From: Macrostomum lignano
Lineage: Eukaryota
NCBI GenBank assembly: GCA_002269645.1
Contig: NIVC01000527.1
Location: 416,257-480,256 of the forward strand
Length of the DNA: 64,000 nt
Reading direction: 5' to 3'
The number at the start of each line of letters is the position of its first letter. Positions within the stretch are counted from its first letter, which is position 1. The notes beneath the pieces are model-generated. The model saw nothing but the letters and a program-made list of their open reading frames with translations, had not been told where the DNA came from and searched no databases. Shown one piece after another: positions 33,101 to 44,403 of the stretch. Position numbers and translations under genes: made by a program.

Positions 33101-36100
33101 CAGTAGGACCAGTGGGGGATGTGGCAGCTAAGCTACGAGAGATCCAATAAACGAAATAAAAATGCTTCAATTTAGCGTTTTTCTACTTGTCGTGTCGTGG
33201 CTGGCTAGCCAAACTTGAGCCGCAAATGGGCGAGAGGTTGTTATTTATTGTAGTTGGCATTGCACATAGATGTACATGCAGATACGAGTAAAGCATCAGC
33301 TAATAGATTAGACGGTTAGGCATAAGCGTACATTGACAGACAGAGCAGGCGGGGAGAGAGCAAGCAGTCCTAAACTCAGCGCCAATAACAATTGGGGTGC
33401 AGCCCCACACTGCGCACTTCAAGTCAAGTCACGATACAACATCCCCTCATCACCAACGAGGAGACAGTCGGTCTGGGGCGACCCCTTTGGTCGACCTGCA
33501 GCTTCGTCGGGGCTCAGGTGTAGCTTCAGCGGCCTGCTGCGGTGGTGCCGCTGCGTCTGGCCGCTGGCTATCAGGTTCCGGGTTCCGGCCGCCTTCGTCA
33601 GGGTTCCGGCCGCCTTCGTCAGGGTTCCGGTCGCCGTCGTCAGGGCTCCGGCCGGCATCGTCAGGGTCCCGGCCGCTGTCGTCAGTGTTGTCCGTAACTT
33701 CCGCCCGGCTTGGACTCGGACGCAAGCGCAGCTGATCCCGGTGTGCCAGCACAGGCCTGTCATCCTTGTCCCGGGTGACCACGGCCGTGTTGTGGCCGGC
33801 CTGTACCACAAAGCGGACGGTCTCAGCCGGCCCCCCGGTCGCGACCGGTAGACGAGCGGCGCATCGGTGTCGAATTGGAGGGTCAGCGGACTTCGCAGCT
33901 GTCGCCCCATAAGCGCAGATGGACTGCCACGCCCGTCGCCCCGCGGAGTGGCCCGGTAGTTAAGCAGCAGCTTGGCGAGGTACGCGTCGAACCGGCCCTG
34001 GTGCACGGCGAAGGCCCGCAGCCCCTTCTTGACGGTCTGGACCATGCGCTCGGCGCACCCGTTTGACTGCGGATGATACGGCGGCGAGTGCATCGGCGAG
34101 CAGCCGATCTTCTTGAGCCACTCGTGCAGCTGCTGGTCACGGAACTCCGGAGCATTGTCCGCCACCAAGGTATGCGGCACACCCAGGCGGGAGAAAATCA
34201 GGCGGAGTACCTTGATGACCGTCGTCGCGCTCTTGTCGGCAACAGGCACCGCTTCCGGCCAGCCGGAGAAGGCGTCCACCACAATGAGCAGCAGGCCGAA
34301 GCCGGGAACGTGAGCATGGTCCATGTGCACACGTCTCCAGGGACCATCTTCAGCCGGCCAGGTGTGGCACGTTCTGGCAGGCATTGGACGGATCTCCGCG
34401 CATCGCTGGCATTGCTTGACGAAGTTTTCGACGTCCTCGCAGTGACCCGGCCACCAGGCTTCCAGCTTGAGTCGATTTCTTGTCGCTAGGGCACCGCAGT
34501 GCGAGTCGCCGTGAGCCGCTCGCAGCACGTCTTGCCGCAGCCGGCTAGGCGGGACCACCAGGTCTCTCAGGCAGACGACGCCATTCTCCACTGAGAGCTG
34601 CTGGCGGACGGCTTTATACGGTCGCTCCGCTGCCGAGCAGTTGTTCCACGCATTGCTGCGGATCCTGCGCTTGACGCTGGCGAGTACCGGGTCATTGTCA
34701 GTGGCGTCTCTGATCTGCTCCAGCTTGAGCACCTCCGTCTCTGTCCAGTGAACGAAGCTTTCCTGGCAGTCGTCTCCATCGCCTTCCTCCTTGAATTCAA
34801 TTCGAGACAGCGCGTCGACATGCGGGATGCAGCTGCCCTTGATGTACGAGATTTCGTAGTCGAAGGCCGACAGCTGCAACGCCCAGCGCATGATCCTAGC
34901 CGATGTGACCTTTGGAAGCTCCCGAGACGGACTAAAAATGAACTCCAATGGTTGATGATCGCACTGGAGCACAAACTTGCTGCCGAGAAGAAAGTGTCTG
35001 GCTCTCTGAGTGGCCCACACCACAGCCAGGGCCTCCCGCTCGATATTCGAGTAATTTCTCTCAGCCGGTGTCAGCCGTCTTGACAGGTACATCACTGGGT
35101 GCTCGTCCTGAGAGAGGATTGCTGCTATGGCCTTTTCGCTGGCGTCAGTAGTCAGAGTTGTGCGCTTTCTTGCATCGAAGATTCGGACCACTGGGGAAGC
35201 TGCAAGCGCCTGCTTGAGCTCGTCAAACGCTTTCTGCTGCCGAGGTCCCCAATGGAACGCGACTTTCTTGCTCCGCAGCTCGGTCAGCGGCTCGGTCTTC
35301 TCCGAGTAGGACTTGATGTAGCGCGAGTAGTACACCGTCATTCCCAGAAACGATTCGAGTTCCTTTTTGCTCGCCGGGGTGCTCACGCCGAGGATTTTCT
35401 CCACCAGCTTCCGATCAGGGCGCACGCCGTCAGCCGCGATGCGGTAGCCAAGGAAACTGATTTCCGTGCTGCGGAAAACGCACTTTTTTTCGTTGATTGA
35501 CATGCCGGCATCAGAAAGCGCTCTCAGCAGGTCCCGGACTTTGCTGTCCAATTCGTCCGCTGTGGTGGCGCCAACGCACATGTCGTCTTGGTAGATCACC
35601 AGGTTGCTGACCGCACCGCCGACCGTTGCCTCCATGGCAGCCTGGAACTGCGCACTGGCCGTCTTCACCCCGTATGGCATGCGCGTCCATCTGAGCAGGC
35701 CTAGGGGCGTGTTGATGGTGAGTATTTCTCTGGAGGCCTCGTCTAGCTCAATCTGGTTGTAGGCATTTGTTAAGTCTACAATTGCGAAGTGCTTCATACC
35801 TGCCAGGGCACTGAAGGCTTGCTCGATGTTGGGCAGTGGGTAGGCGTCAGAGCAGATCTTCGGGTTCACCCCGACCTTGTAGTCGGAGCAGATTCTCAGG
35901 TCTCCGTCGGCCTTGCGCACCACCACAATGGGCGACGCCCAACTGCTGCCGCCTGGCGGCACGGGCTCGAGGATCCCGGCGTCGATCATCGTCCGCAGCT
36001 TAGCCACCACCAGCGGCTTGAGATGAATCGGGAGCGGCCGGGCATCGAAGAAGCTGGGCTGAGCGTTCTCCCTGAGCAGGACCCGAGCACGGAAACCTTT

Positions 36101-39100
36101 GAGCTTGCCTAGCGGTTTGCTGCTGCGCTCCACTTGATTGACAGTCGCTGTGTCCAGCTTGAAGTCCAGCACGTCTGTTCCGATGAGGCCGTGCTCCTTT
36201 GTGCATTCGGTGACCGTCACGTCCGCACAGGCGATTTGTCTCCCGACTTCGATGAGCGCCGTGAAGCATCCTCTAGTTCTGATGACCGTTCCGTCAAATT
36301 GTCGCAGTCTCAGCTTGGACTTTCGTAGCTTGGGCTCACCGAGGCTCCTCCAGAAGTTTATCGGAATGATGCTCGCACCGGATCCAGAGTCGAGCTGCAT
36401 TTTGAACGGCTTGCCTTCAATGAGCACAGTTTTTATGCTGCCGCTTCCGCTCTCGTTGCCGACGATGGTGTAGATGCCTGCCTGCTCACACTCACTCGTG
36501 TCGATTTCATGGGCAGGTGCAACCGACTTGGACTTGGCGCTGCTCCTGCAGACTGCAGCAAAGTGGTTCCTGCGGTGGCACTTGTTACAGGTCTTCCCGA
36601 ATGCAGGGCATTTGCCTGGCTGGTGCTGCAGACCACACGACCTGCACTGAGCACCGCTATTGCGGTTCCTGTCGATGCTGGCAACTGGTGTCGAACTCTC
36701 AGCCGTCTCGGAGCTTCTGCTAGGCTCTCGGGCTTCAGCAGATCGGTCGCTTGAGCTGTAGCTCTGGATGAGCTCTAACTGCTGGATGTACTGCAGACAC
36801 GTGTCCAGAGTCACTGGATTCTCAGAGCTCTGAATGTGCTCAAGTGTTTTAGTCCGCTGGCTGTGGTCGCACAAGCCGCTGATCAGCAGTGTTTGGATCA
36901 AGTCATCCTCGGCTGACTGTTTGCAGTCTTTTTCGTTGAGCTTGTCAAACTCACAGTGCTTTGCCGCGTCTCTCAAGCGCTCCGCGAACTGCTGGGCCGA
37001 CTCTGTTGACAGCTGCCGCTGGGACATGAACCTTGTGCGCTCTGCAATCACCAGTTTCTTTTTGGGCTGGAGTCGCCCGATGATCATTTTCTTGATGTCC
37101 TTGAAGGTCATATCCTCAATGTTTTTCGGCTTTGCCATGATAGAGACGGATCGGACTGCATTGATTCCTGCTCGAGCAAGGAAGAGGTCTGTCACCTGCT
37201 TCTCTTCGTTTGTATCTCGCAGTTTTTTGTGCCTGCACAGTGCTTCAAAACTTTGCAGCCAGGCCTCAGCCATGGCTGGATCATTGAGAGGTAATTCACT
37301 GGCTGCTTGCGACGCCATTGTCGTGTCGTGGCTGGCTAGCCAAACTTGAGCCGCAAATGGGCGAGAGGTTGTTATTTATTGTAGTTGGCATTGCACATAG
37401 ATGTACATGCAGATACGAGTAAAGCATCAGCTAATAGATTAGACGGTTAGGCATAAGCGTACATTGACAGACAGAGCAGGCGGGGAGAGAGCAAGCAGTC
37501 CTAAACTCAGCGCCAATAACAATTGGGGTGCAGCCCCACACTGCGCACTTCAAGTCAAGTCACGATACAACACTACTAAAAGTAGCTTGCACACGAATGT
37601 GCTGAGAGGACAGTCCAGTTGTTTTATGCATCTGCAGGCTAGATAGACAGCCCTAAAACTAAAGATATTGTCTGCTAAAAACACGAGAGTAGTATCTTTA
37701 GCAAATTATCAATAAAATTTAGACTATTTTAATGAACCCAATCACCTTGCCAAGCTGCACCGACGACGGCGCCTTCGAATCGGTCCAGTGGGAGCCGCGC
37801 TTCAACCGGCGCTGGTGCGTCGACCAGCGGACCGGCCTGGCGCTTCGCTCCGGCTGCTGCCTGGCTGGCAACTCGCGACCTGCGTGCTCGAACCCGCGAC
37901 CTTGCCCACCCGAGCTGTGCGCCCTGAGCGTCTGTCCGGCCAGACCGGACGCCGTCTGCAGGGTGAACGTCTGCGGCGACGGCGACTGCCGGGCGGAGTT
38001 CTTCGACCCAGCCAGCGGCCAGCCGGTCGACTGCGGCGCCGGGCTGGGCCGCTGCCGTGCCGGCCAGGCCGCCTACTTCGAGGGCCTGGCCTACCTGCGG
38101 GCTCGCGACCAGACCCAGTGGCTGCAGGTGCGAATAGGGGCATTAATTAGATTAGATTATGTAGGGGTGTGGTGTGCAGTAGATTGTGTCTATGGTTTTG
38201 GAGGCAGACAATGGTAGATTGTGTCTATGGCTTTGCAGTCAGACAATGGTAGATTGTGTCTATGGCTTTTCAGTCAGACAATGGTAGATTGTGTCTATGG
38301 TTTTGGAGGCAGACAATGGTAGATTGTGTCTATGGTTTAGGAGGCAGACAATGGTAGATTGTGTCTATGGTTTTGGAGGCAGACAATGGTAGATTGAGTC
38401 TATGGTTTTGGAGGCAGACAATGGTAGATTGTGTCTATGGTTTTGGAGGCAGACAATGGTAGATTGTGTCTATGGTTTTGGAGGCAGACAATGGTAGATT
38501 GTGTCTATGGTTTTGGAGTCAGACAATGGTAGATTGTGTCTATGGTTTTGGAGGCAGACAATGGTAGATTGTGTCTATGGTTTTGGAGGCAGACAATGGT
38601 AGATTGTGTCTATGGTTTTGGAGGCAGACAATGGTAGATTGTGTCTATGGTTTTGGAGGCAGACAATGGTAGATTGTGTCTATGGTTTTGGAGTCAGACA
38701 ATGGTAGATTGTGTCTATGGTTTTGGAGGCAGACAATGGTAGATTGTGTCTATGTTTTTAGAGGCAAATGAAAATTCCGCAAAACGGTTGGTCAAATCTC
38801 ATTTTCAACAGACTGACGCCATCAACAAGCCGGCCACTTCGGACAGAAACCTGGCCGCCTACATGGACACCTGCGAGCAGGACGAGTGCAGGGCCTACAG
38901 CGCCAGTTTGCTTGAACCAGCTGCCTTCGGTTTCGGCAGCTTTAAAAAAGTATGTTTGCTATCGCACTAAGGTATACACAGGGCCTCCCTATCCCCCAAA
39001 TGCACGCTCCTGTCCCAGTGTAAGCTACAATCCGTCGTCTATCCAACTAAAACAATTTATGTTGTCAAAACAGGCACCTGCGCCTCCTGCACTGGTTGCT

Positions 39101-42100
39101 GGGCAGTTCGACTCCTTGCGGATGACTTAATCCTGCCAGTTCTTGCAAAACCCTTCAATGCTCTCGTCAACAGATTTGCCTCCCATTAAACAGTTCCAAC
39201 TCATGCCCACCCGGTTTTTCAGGAAGACTGCCCGAAGCAGAACGACCTGAACTATCACTGCCGAAACAGGTGCAACGCCTTCAGCGGCTGTCCAACTGAA
39301 AGTCAGGTGTGCTGCAACAGCGGCTGTGGCCTCGAGTGCATGTCGCCGGCCGACATTAAGCCGGAGTCGCATTGCTCCATGAGCATTAGCTCCGGTCACT
39401 GTCCGGCGGTTGGCTGCTACCGGATGTGCCGACGCTGGGGCTACGACGTGGCGAAAAAAGTCTGCCGTCCGTTCTGGTACGCCGGCTCCGGCGGCAACAA
39501 CAACCGGTACAACTCCTGGGCCGAGTGCGAGTGGATGGCGCAGAACTGCCACGGCCGGGTGCGCATCGCGCTGCCCGTCCGGCCGCTGTGCAAGCGCCGG
39601 ACAGGCAATTTTGAAAATGTCCAGGTGTCGGACAATGGCATGTTCTGGTGCGTCGACCGGAACGGTGTGCCGACGCCTGGCACTCTGCACGCCGACCATA
39701 TCGCGTGCACTCGAGACGGTCGGCTGATCATTAATAAGTAAATCCAGTGGGAGAGTTGGGGCATTCTGGGAGAAGTCAACCGTCAAATCACAGGATTGAT
39801 GCACAAGTGTGAGATCGTTCAAAATTTCTCAACTCGCTTACATCAACCTTGCACTCCCACTCCAACTCAGGTACTACCTGAAGGTGGCCCACCTGTACAA
39901 GGCCCGCTGTCCCAACGGAAAGCTGCCAGCCTGGTGTCACAATCGGACCATCGACCGAACATGCGGCAGTCCAGGAGTTGCCACCTTCGCCGACGCCTGC
40001 GACAATTGCAGGCTGGTGCACATCAACGCCAACGGCCAGGAGGTCAGCTGCCAGACCGACTCCGACGTCTGCGCCGCCTCCTCGATCTCCAGCTCCACCG
40101 CCGGCGGCCCGTCCCTGATCGCTTGCAAGTCGATGCCGACAACTCCAAACTTCCGCTACTCCCCCAGCACCGGCCGGTGCTCAGCCGGCTGCCCGGTCAG
40201 CGGAGCCAGTGGCTACTCAAGGGAGGCCGGCTGCCTTAGTGCCTGCGCCCGGGGCTGGTGCGGCAGAAACTCCACAGCCTTCTATCCGGATCTGTGCGTG
40301 AGCCCCGCCTGCCCCAGCTGGCCAGGGGCCCTCTGCGTCCCGGACGAGTGCACCGGCAGCGAGCGTTACTTCCTCCGCAACGGCACCGAGATTGCTGCCT
40401 GCGCCCGTCGGTTGGCCGCTCTGCACCCGAACGACAACTGCAGCAGCTCGGCGACTTCGACAACCACACCGTCTGGAAGAGCTGCGGACGCGTCAACGAC
40501 AAAAACATCAGGAAGAACTGAAGAAACAAAGACTACGCAGTCAGGAGCTGCCGCAGACACAAAGACCACCGCAGCGGAGGGAAGCGGCGGGGGTGCGCCC
40601 TCGACTGTGCCGACCTCGACTGCGCCACCCTCGACTGCGCCACCCTCGACTGCGCCACCCTCGACTGCGCCACCCTCGACCCCGATCGCGACTACAACTC
40701 CGACCAGCGTAGCGCCAACAACAACGACACCACCGCCGCCAAAGAAGATTCTGCCTATCTGCTGGGTCCGGCTCCATCTGGGCGTAGAGAAGATGAAGTG
40801 CCGGGTCTCGGACGGCCTCTACGAAGCGAGGCAATGCAACCAGACTCACTGCTTCTGCGTGGTGTCCGACAACGGCGCCGTGCTCCCGGACCCGAGGCCG
40901 GTGCCGTTAGCGCAAGGATCTTCGCTTGCCTGTCGTAAGTTGAGCTTTCCAAATGGATGTCAACTTGAGCATCAGAATGGAACTCAGACCAAAAACCGAC
41001 TGCATCGGTCCGACAAGTTATCTTTTGCGGTCGGAGACTGCGGAATGAGCAGAAGATCAATTGCCTCACCGCTGGTCGTGAGACGACGCAGCCTTTCTGA
41101 TAGATATGCATTTCTATTCTGGTGCTTATGTGGACATCCACTCTGTTAACAAAGTTGATTTAGTAGCTAAAAAATGCGTTATTCATGTCCAATTTCAGCG
41201 ATTGTGGAGACCACCAACTTGTCAGTTACCATCACGTACGGCGCTGACTACATGTCTGTGCTGCCGACAATGGAGGACGAAGTGAAAATGCAGCGGTGAG
41301 AAAACGGCAACGTCAAACATTGTTTTTATTCTAAAAATAGCCAATATCTGTTGTTAACAAAACAGCATGAACTCCAGTGTTTTGTGGTTTGACAGCGTTC
41401 AAACCAAGGACGACTTTGCTTCTTAGAAAACGTTTAATGGGCGGATCTCGTGAGCAAAAAGCTACGCTCGTGGTGATAGCTTTTCCTTGGAATTTTCCCC
41501 GTATTTTTCTACTCAAGTCATCCTTGATTCAATGTGTGTCACGAAGGTTACAATGTGCAGTCTCATCCATGCCCATCCTCTAGACACAGAGTGTACATAC
41601 CGGACGATTAGAAAGTCAGGAGGCCCGCTGTACACCCTGTGAGAGCGCGTGCATGAGTGCGGGCCTGCGTACAGTATTGGCGCGCTTGTGTGTTCAGGAG
41701 CCAGCAGAGTTGGCGTCAGCGCTGGTTGTGGGACGATGTTGCCGAAGGCGCCAGGGTGCCCGCAGCCCTCCTGCAGTTATTATTATTATTATTTTAACTG
41801 TCTTACTGCCTGCCTGCCCACAGTCACATACCGACCATAACTCCCGCAGAATCGTGGCCAAGCGATTCGCTTACGAAGGAAATCTTCAGGCGCACCACAT
41901 CCGCCTCGTTGACCTGGAGCCCGGCAGCATTCTGGTGACCGTCGGCATGCAGAAGTCGCCAGGCGATTCGACTGCCGACCTCCCTGCGTCCGCGTTCGAG
42001 CTCAAGACAATGGTTGGTTTTGAGGGCTTGGGGCTGTTCAAAAACGAAGTTAAGCAAAGTTGACCGCGGATAGTACGCGTAGGCTACCTGGGTCACCCTC

Positions 42101-44403
42101 CTCCGCAATAAACACACCTTTGTCAAGTCAAACCTGAGCTTTCGTTCTGAGGTGAGGTAGAAATACAGGTGGGATTTGTGACCCCCCACAGTGCCAACGC
42201 TGTACAAGCACGAATTTAAGATACACAAATAGCTTGCACACAGGAACTACTCAAGTATCGCTTTTGACGATCTAAAAAACGGGACGCCATAGACATTCAA
42301 GCCAGGCCACAGATCTCACCCTAGTCATGGACTTAAGCAGTTTAGCAGAGTCTACTGAGGCAGGCTTGGCCATAGACTATAACTTTGGGCATTCAATATG
42401 GGAAAAAGCCATTCAAAACGGGAATCGGACTGAGATTTTATAGCTCTCAGTCCCTCTCTCCCCTGTTTACTCGTCGCGTCTTTGGCCTGAAAGCGAACGA
42501 ATTCAATGGCGCCACCAATTCCTGACGCTCAAGGAGTTCCGAGTTACTTTTGTTTTGCTTCCGGTAACGGACACTTTGTTCACTTTTAAATATTCCAGTG
42601 GCCCTGACATATAAAAATACGTTAAATTGGGCGAATTCCCGTTTTGAACGGCTTTTTCCCATTTTTATTGTCAATTCCACATTCTAAGGTTGTGTATTTC
42701 CATGCAAGCAGCCCAAGTCTGTGGTCTGGCTTGAATGTCAATGGCGTCCCGTTTTGATTGTCCAAATTCATTCCCGTTTAGATCGTCAAAAGCGATACAA
42801 GGACGCTACACTTGATTTTCTTAGAAATAAGCTTGAATTGTATGCCGGTATGAGGAACGCATATTTGTGTTTGAAAACTTCGCCATCGATAAAGACGATT
42901 ATTACTCATACTCGTACTCATACAGTGTACTACTGGCGATAGGTCGAAAAATACACGTTCCTTACTGGCCTACAGCTCATTTCTAAGAAAAAATCGAGTG
43001 TAGCTTAGCTTCCCTCTACTGCATTTTTCCATGTGTGCAAGCTGTACACTGCAATTGCATGTACTTTACCAATATCTAGGACCGGATATCTCACTTGAAA
43101 TCTTAATCCAGGCCTTGAAGCAGACTCTGCTAATCGACTTCAACGGTGTCACCCTGGCGCCGTCGGCTCGGCAGAGCTTCAACGAGAATTTCGACAGCTC
43201 AATTGTAGAGCCGCCGACCGCGGCGCCGCTATTCCGAGGCAACAGCGACAGCGGCGCCCCGCTGAACGTGGTCGGAATCGTTGTCGGAGTGCTCATCACG
43301 GTTGCCGTGGTAGCCGTGGCCGCAGTGCTCATCACGGTGAGTTGGCCAGTTAAGGCTATTGCTGCTTAGGGTGACCTACTACCTACCCTGCTGCAATTTT
43401 ACGCTACTCAATACTTTTTGGAGATTGGGACTGGCGCAGACGCTTAAGGTCTGATGTGTTCAGAAATTCTCAATCAAAGAATGCGGGGTTAGATCGAGGG
43501 CCTCCCTCAAGCAAAGGATGCGGGGTTAGAGGCCGTCCTTCAATCAAAGGATGCGGGGTTAGATCGAGGGCCTCCCTCAAGCAAAGGATGCGGGGTTAGA
43601 TCGAGGGCCTCCCTCAAGCAAAGGATGCGAGGTTAGAGGCCCTCCCTCAAGCAAAGGATGCGAGGTTAGAGGCCCTCCCTCAAGCAAAGGATGCGGGGTT
43701 AGAGGCCCTCCTTCAATCAAAGGATGCGAGGTTAGAGGCCCTCCCTCAAGCAAAGGATGCGGGGTTAGAGGCCCTCCTTCAATCAAAGGATGCGGGGTTA
43801 GAGGCCCTCCCTCAATCAAAGGATGCGGGGTTAGAGGCCCTCCCTCAATCAAAGAATGCGGGGTTAGAGGCCCTCCCTCAATCAAAGGATGCGGGGTTAG
43901 AGGCCCTCCCTCAATCAAAGGATGCGGGGTTAGAGGCCCTCCCTCAATCAAAGAATGCGGGGTTAGAGGCCCTCCCTCAATCAAAGAATGCGGGGTTAGA
44001 GGGCCACAGAGCCTTTTGGTCGCTTTATTTTTACATCAGTCGCGTGGTTTGACTTCTCATACATTTGATGGCGGTATGATTGCGAGGGAGCCTTTGATTC
44101 AACAATCGGTCTTGGTAATCGCTTGGATTTAATATCCAGCTGCACCACATATTTGAGAGTATATAGCTAACTATTTGATTTTATAACCGTACCCCCGTGC
44201 AACAGTTCGCTTTGCGCAGACGCGCCCAGTCCGGAAGCCCCGCTCTGCCACACGAGTCCGGCAACTACGAGACCATGTCGAATGCTAGCCATTCAACTGC
44301 TGGCGGCGGCGTAGCCTACGACAATTTCGCTAACAAGGTGTACGGCCCCATGGAGGACGATGTGTACGATAACATCGCCCAGCCAGCCATGTCCGATGCT
44401 TAA
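30165..44403 (+). CDS. Type I membrane protein, ~1101 aa, with lustrin-like, WAP, thyroglobulin type-1, Kunitz-like, Cys-rich repeat, mucin and SEA-like modules
   Basis: 12 phase-consistent exons totalling 3306 nt: 30165-30243 (signal peptide), 31452-31684, 32472-32619, 32712-32784, 37755-38127, 38812-38949, 39223-39737, 39871-40934, 41199-41295, 41850-42012, 43112-43336 (TM), 44206-44403. Motifs: CPHGYDCLAEGICC; YLPNCTDDGAF..Q...WCVD; CPKQ..CRNRC..CP..VCCNSGCGLEC; RWGYD..C.PFWY.GSGGNNNRY; FWCVDRNG; QCNQTHCFCV; LEPGSILV. Confidence 0.82.
30325..31420. repeat. Intronic minisatellite, ~16-bp unit CAGTCACTCTCCCC(C/G)T
   Basis: Fills most of intron 1 of the 30165-44403 gene. Confidence 0.95.
31718..32450. 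repeat. Intronic minisatellite, 23-26-bp unit CAGTCTGACACCTCTCACTCTGACCT
   Basis: Fills most of intron 2; has 26-bp and 23-bp variants. Confidence 0.95.
32935..33103. repeat. Minisatellite, 15-bp unit GGGGCGCCAGCACCA, ~11 copies
   Basis: Near-perfect tandem copies in intron 4. Confidence 0.95.
33188..33441 (-). repeat. 3' LTR
   Basis: 254 bp, matches 37319-37572. Confidence 0.97.
33450..37318 (-). CDS. Single gag-pol polyprotein with a 1-nt frameshift near 33831-33836 in the integrase tail
   Basis: Tandem Zn knuckles (CRSCGLQHQPGKC and CNKCHRRNHFAAVC), protease LDSGS, RT YQDD, RNase H TDAS, integrase HHCC and D-D-E (MDH, ADN, AER). The natural tail (VVQAGHNT...HRDQLRLR...RRSCR...PDRL) lies in the adjacent frame ending at 33450. 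Confidence 0.93.
37319..37572 (-). repeat. 5' LTR
   Basis: 254 bp, matches 33188-33441. Confidence 0.97.
38179..38760. repeat. Intronic minisatellite, 35-bp unit GCAGACAATGGTAGATTGTGTCTATGGTTTTGGAG, ~16 copies
   Basis: Period 35; fills most of intron 5. Confidence 0.95.
41590..41795 (+). mobile_element. Possible 3' end of a non-LTR retroposon with a (TTA)n tail
   Basis: GC-rich segment ending in TTATTATTATTATT; its CCGCTGTACACCC..GTGxGAGCG start is also seen near 27390. No ORF. Confidence 0.35.
43480..44005. repeat. Intronic minisatellite, 33-bp unit GAGGCCCTCCCTCAATCAAAGGATGCGGGGTTA, ~15 copies
   Basis: Period 33 in the last intron of the 30165-44403 gene. Confidence 0.95.

Larger units (their letters stand above)
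33188..37572 (-). mobile_element. Full-length Ty3/Gypsy LTR retrotransposon (Mag-like), 4385 bp
   Basis: Two 254-bp TG...CA LTRs, identical by eye; 5-bp TSD CTACT (33183-33187 and 37573-37577); PBS-like TGGCGTCGC after the 5' LTR; PPT GATGAGGGGA before the 3' LTR; domain order gag-PR-RT-RH-IN. Confidence 0.97.

Noticed and set aside
32935-33103. AGGGGCGCC shared by the 15-bp array, the 24-bp hAT array and the hAT subterminus (57780)
   Set aside because: A 9-bp GC-rich match is too short to imply common origin without genome-wide statistics.
33419-33830. C-terminal part of the 1299-aa ORF as listed in the ORF track
   Set aside because: It is out of frame after the G-run; the integrase-like tail is in the 33450-33809 frame.
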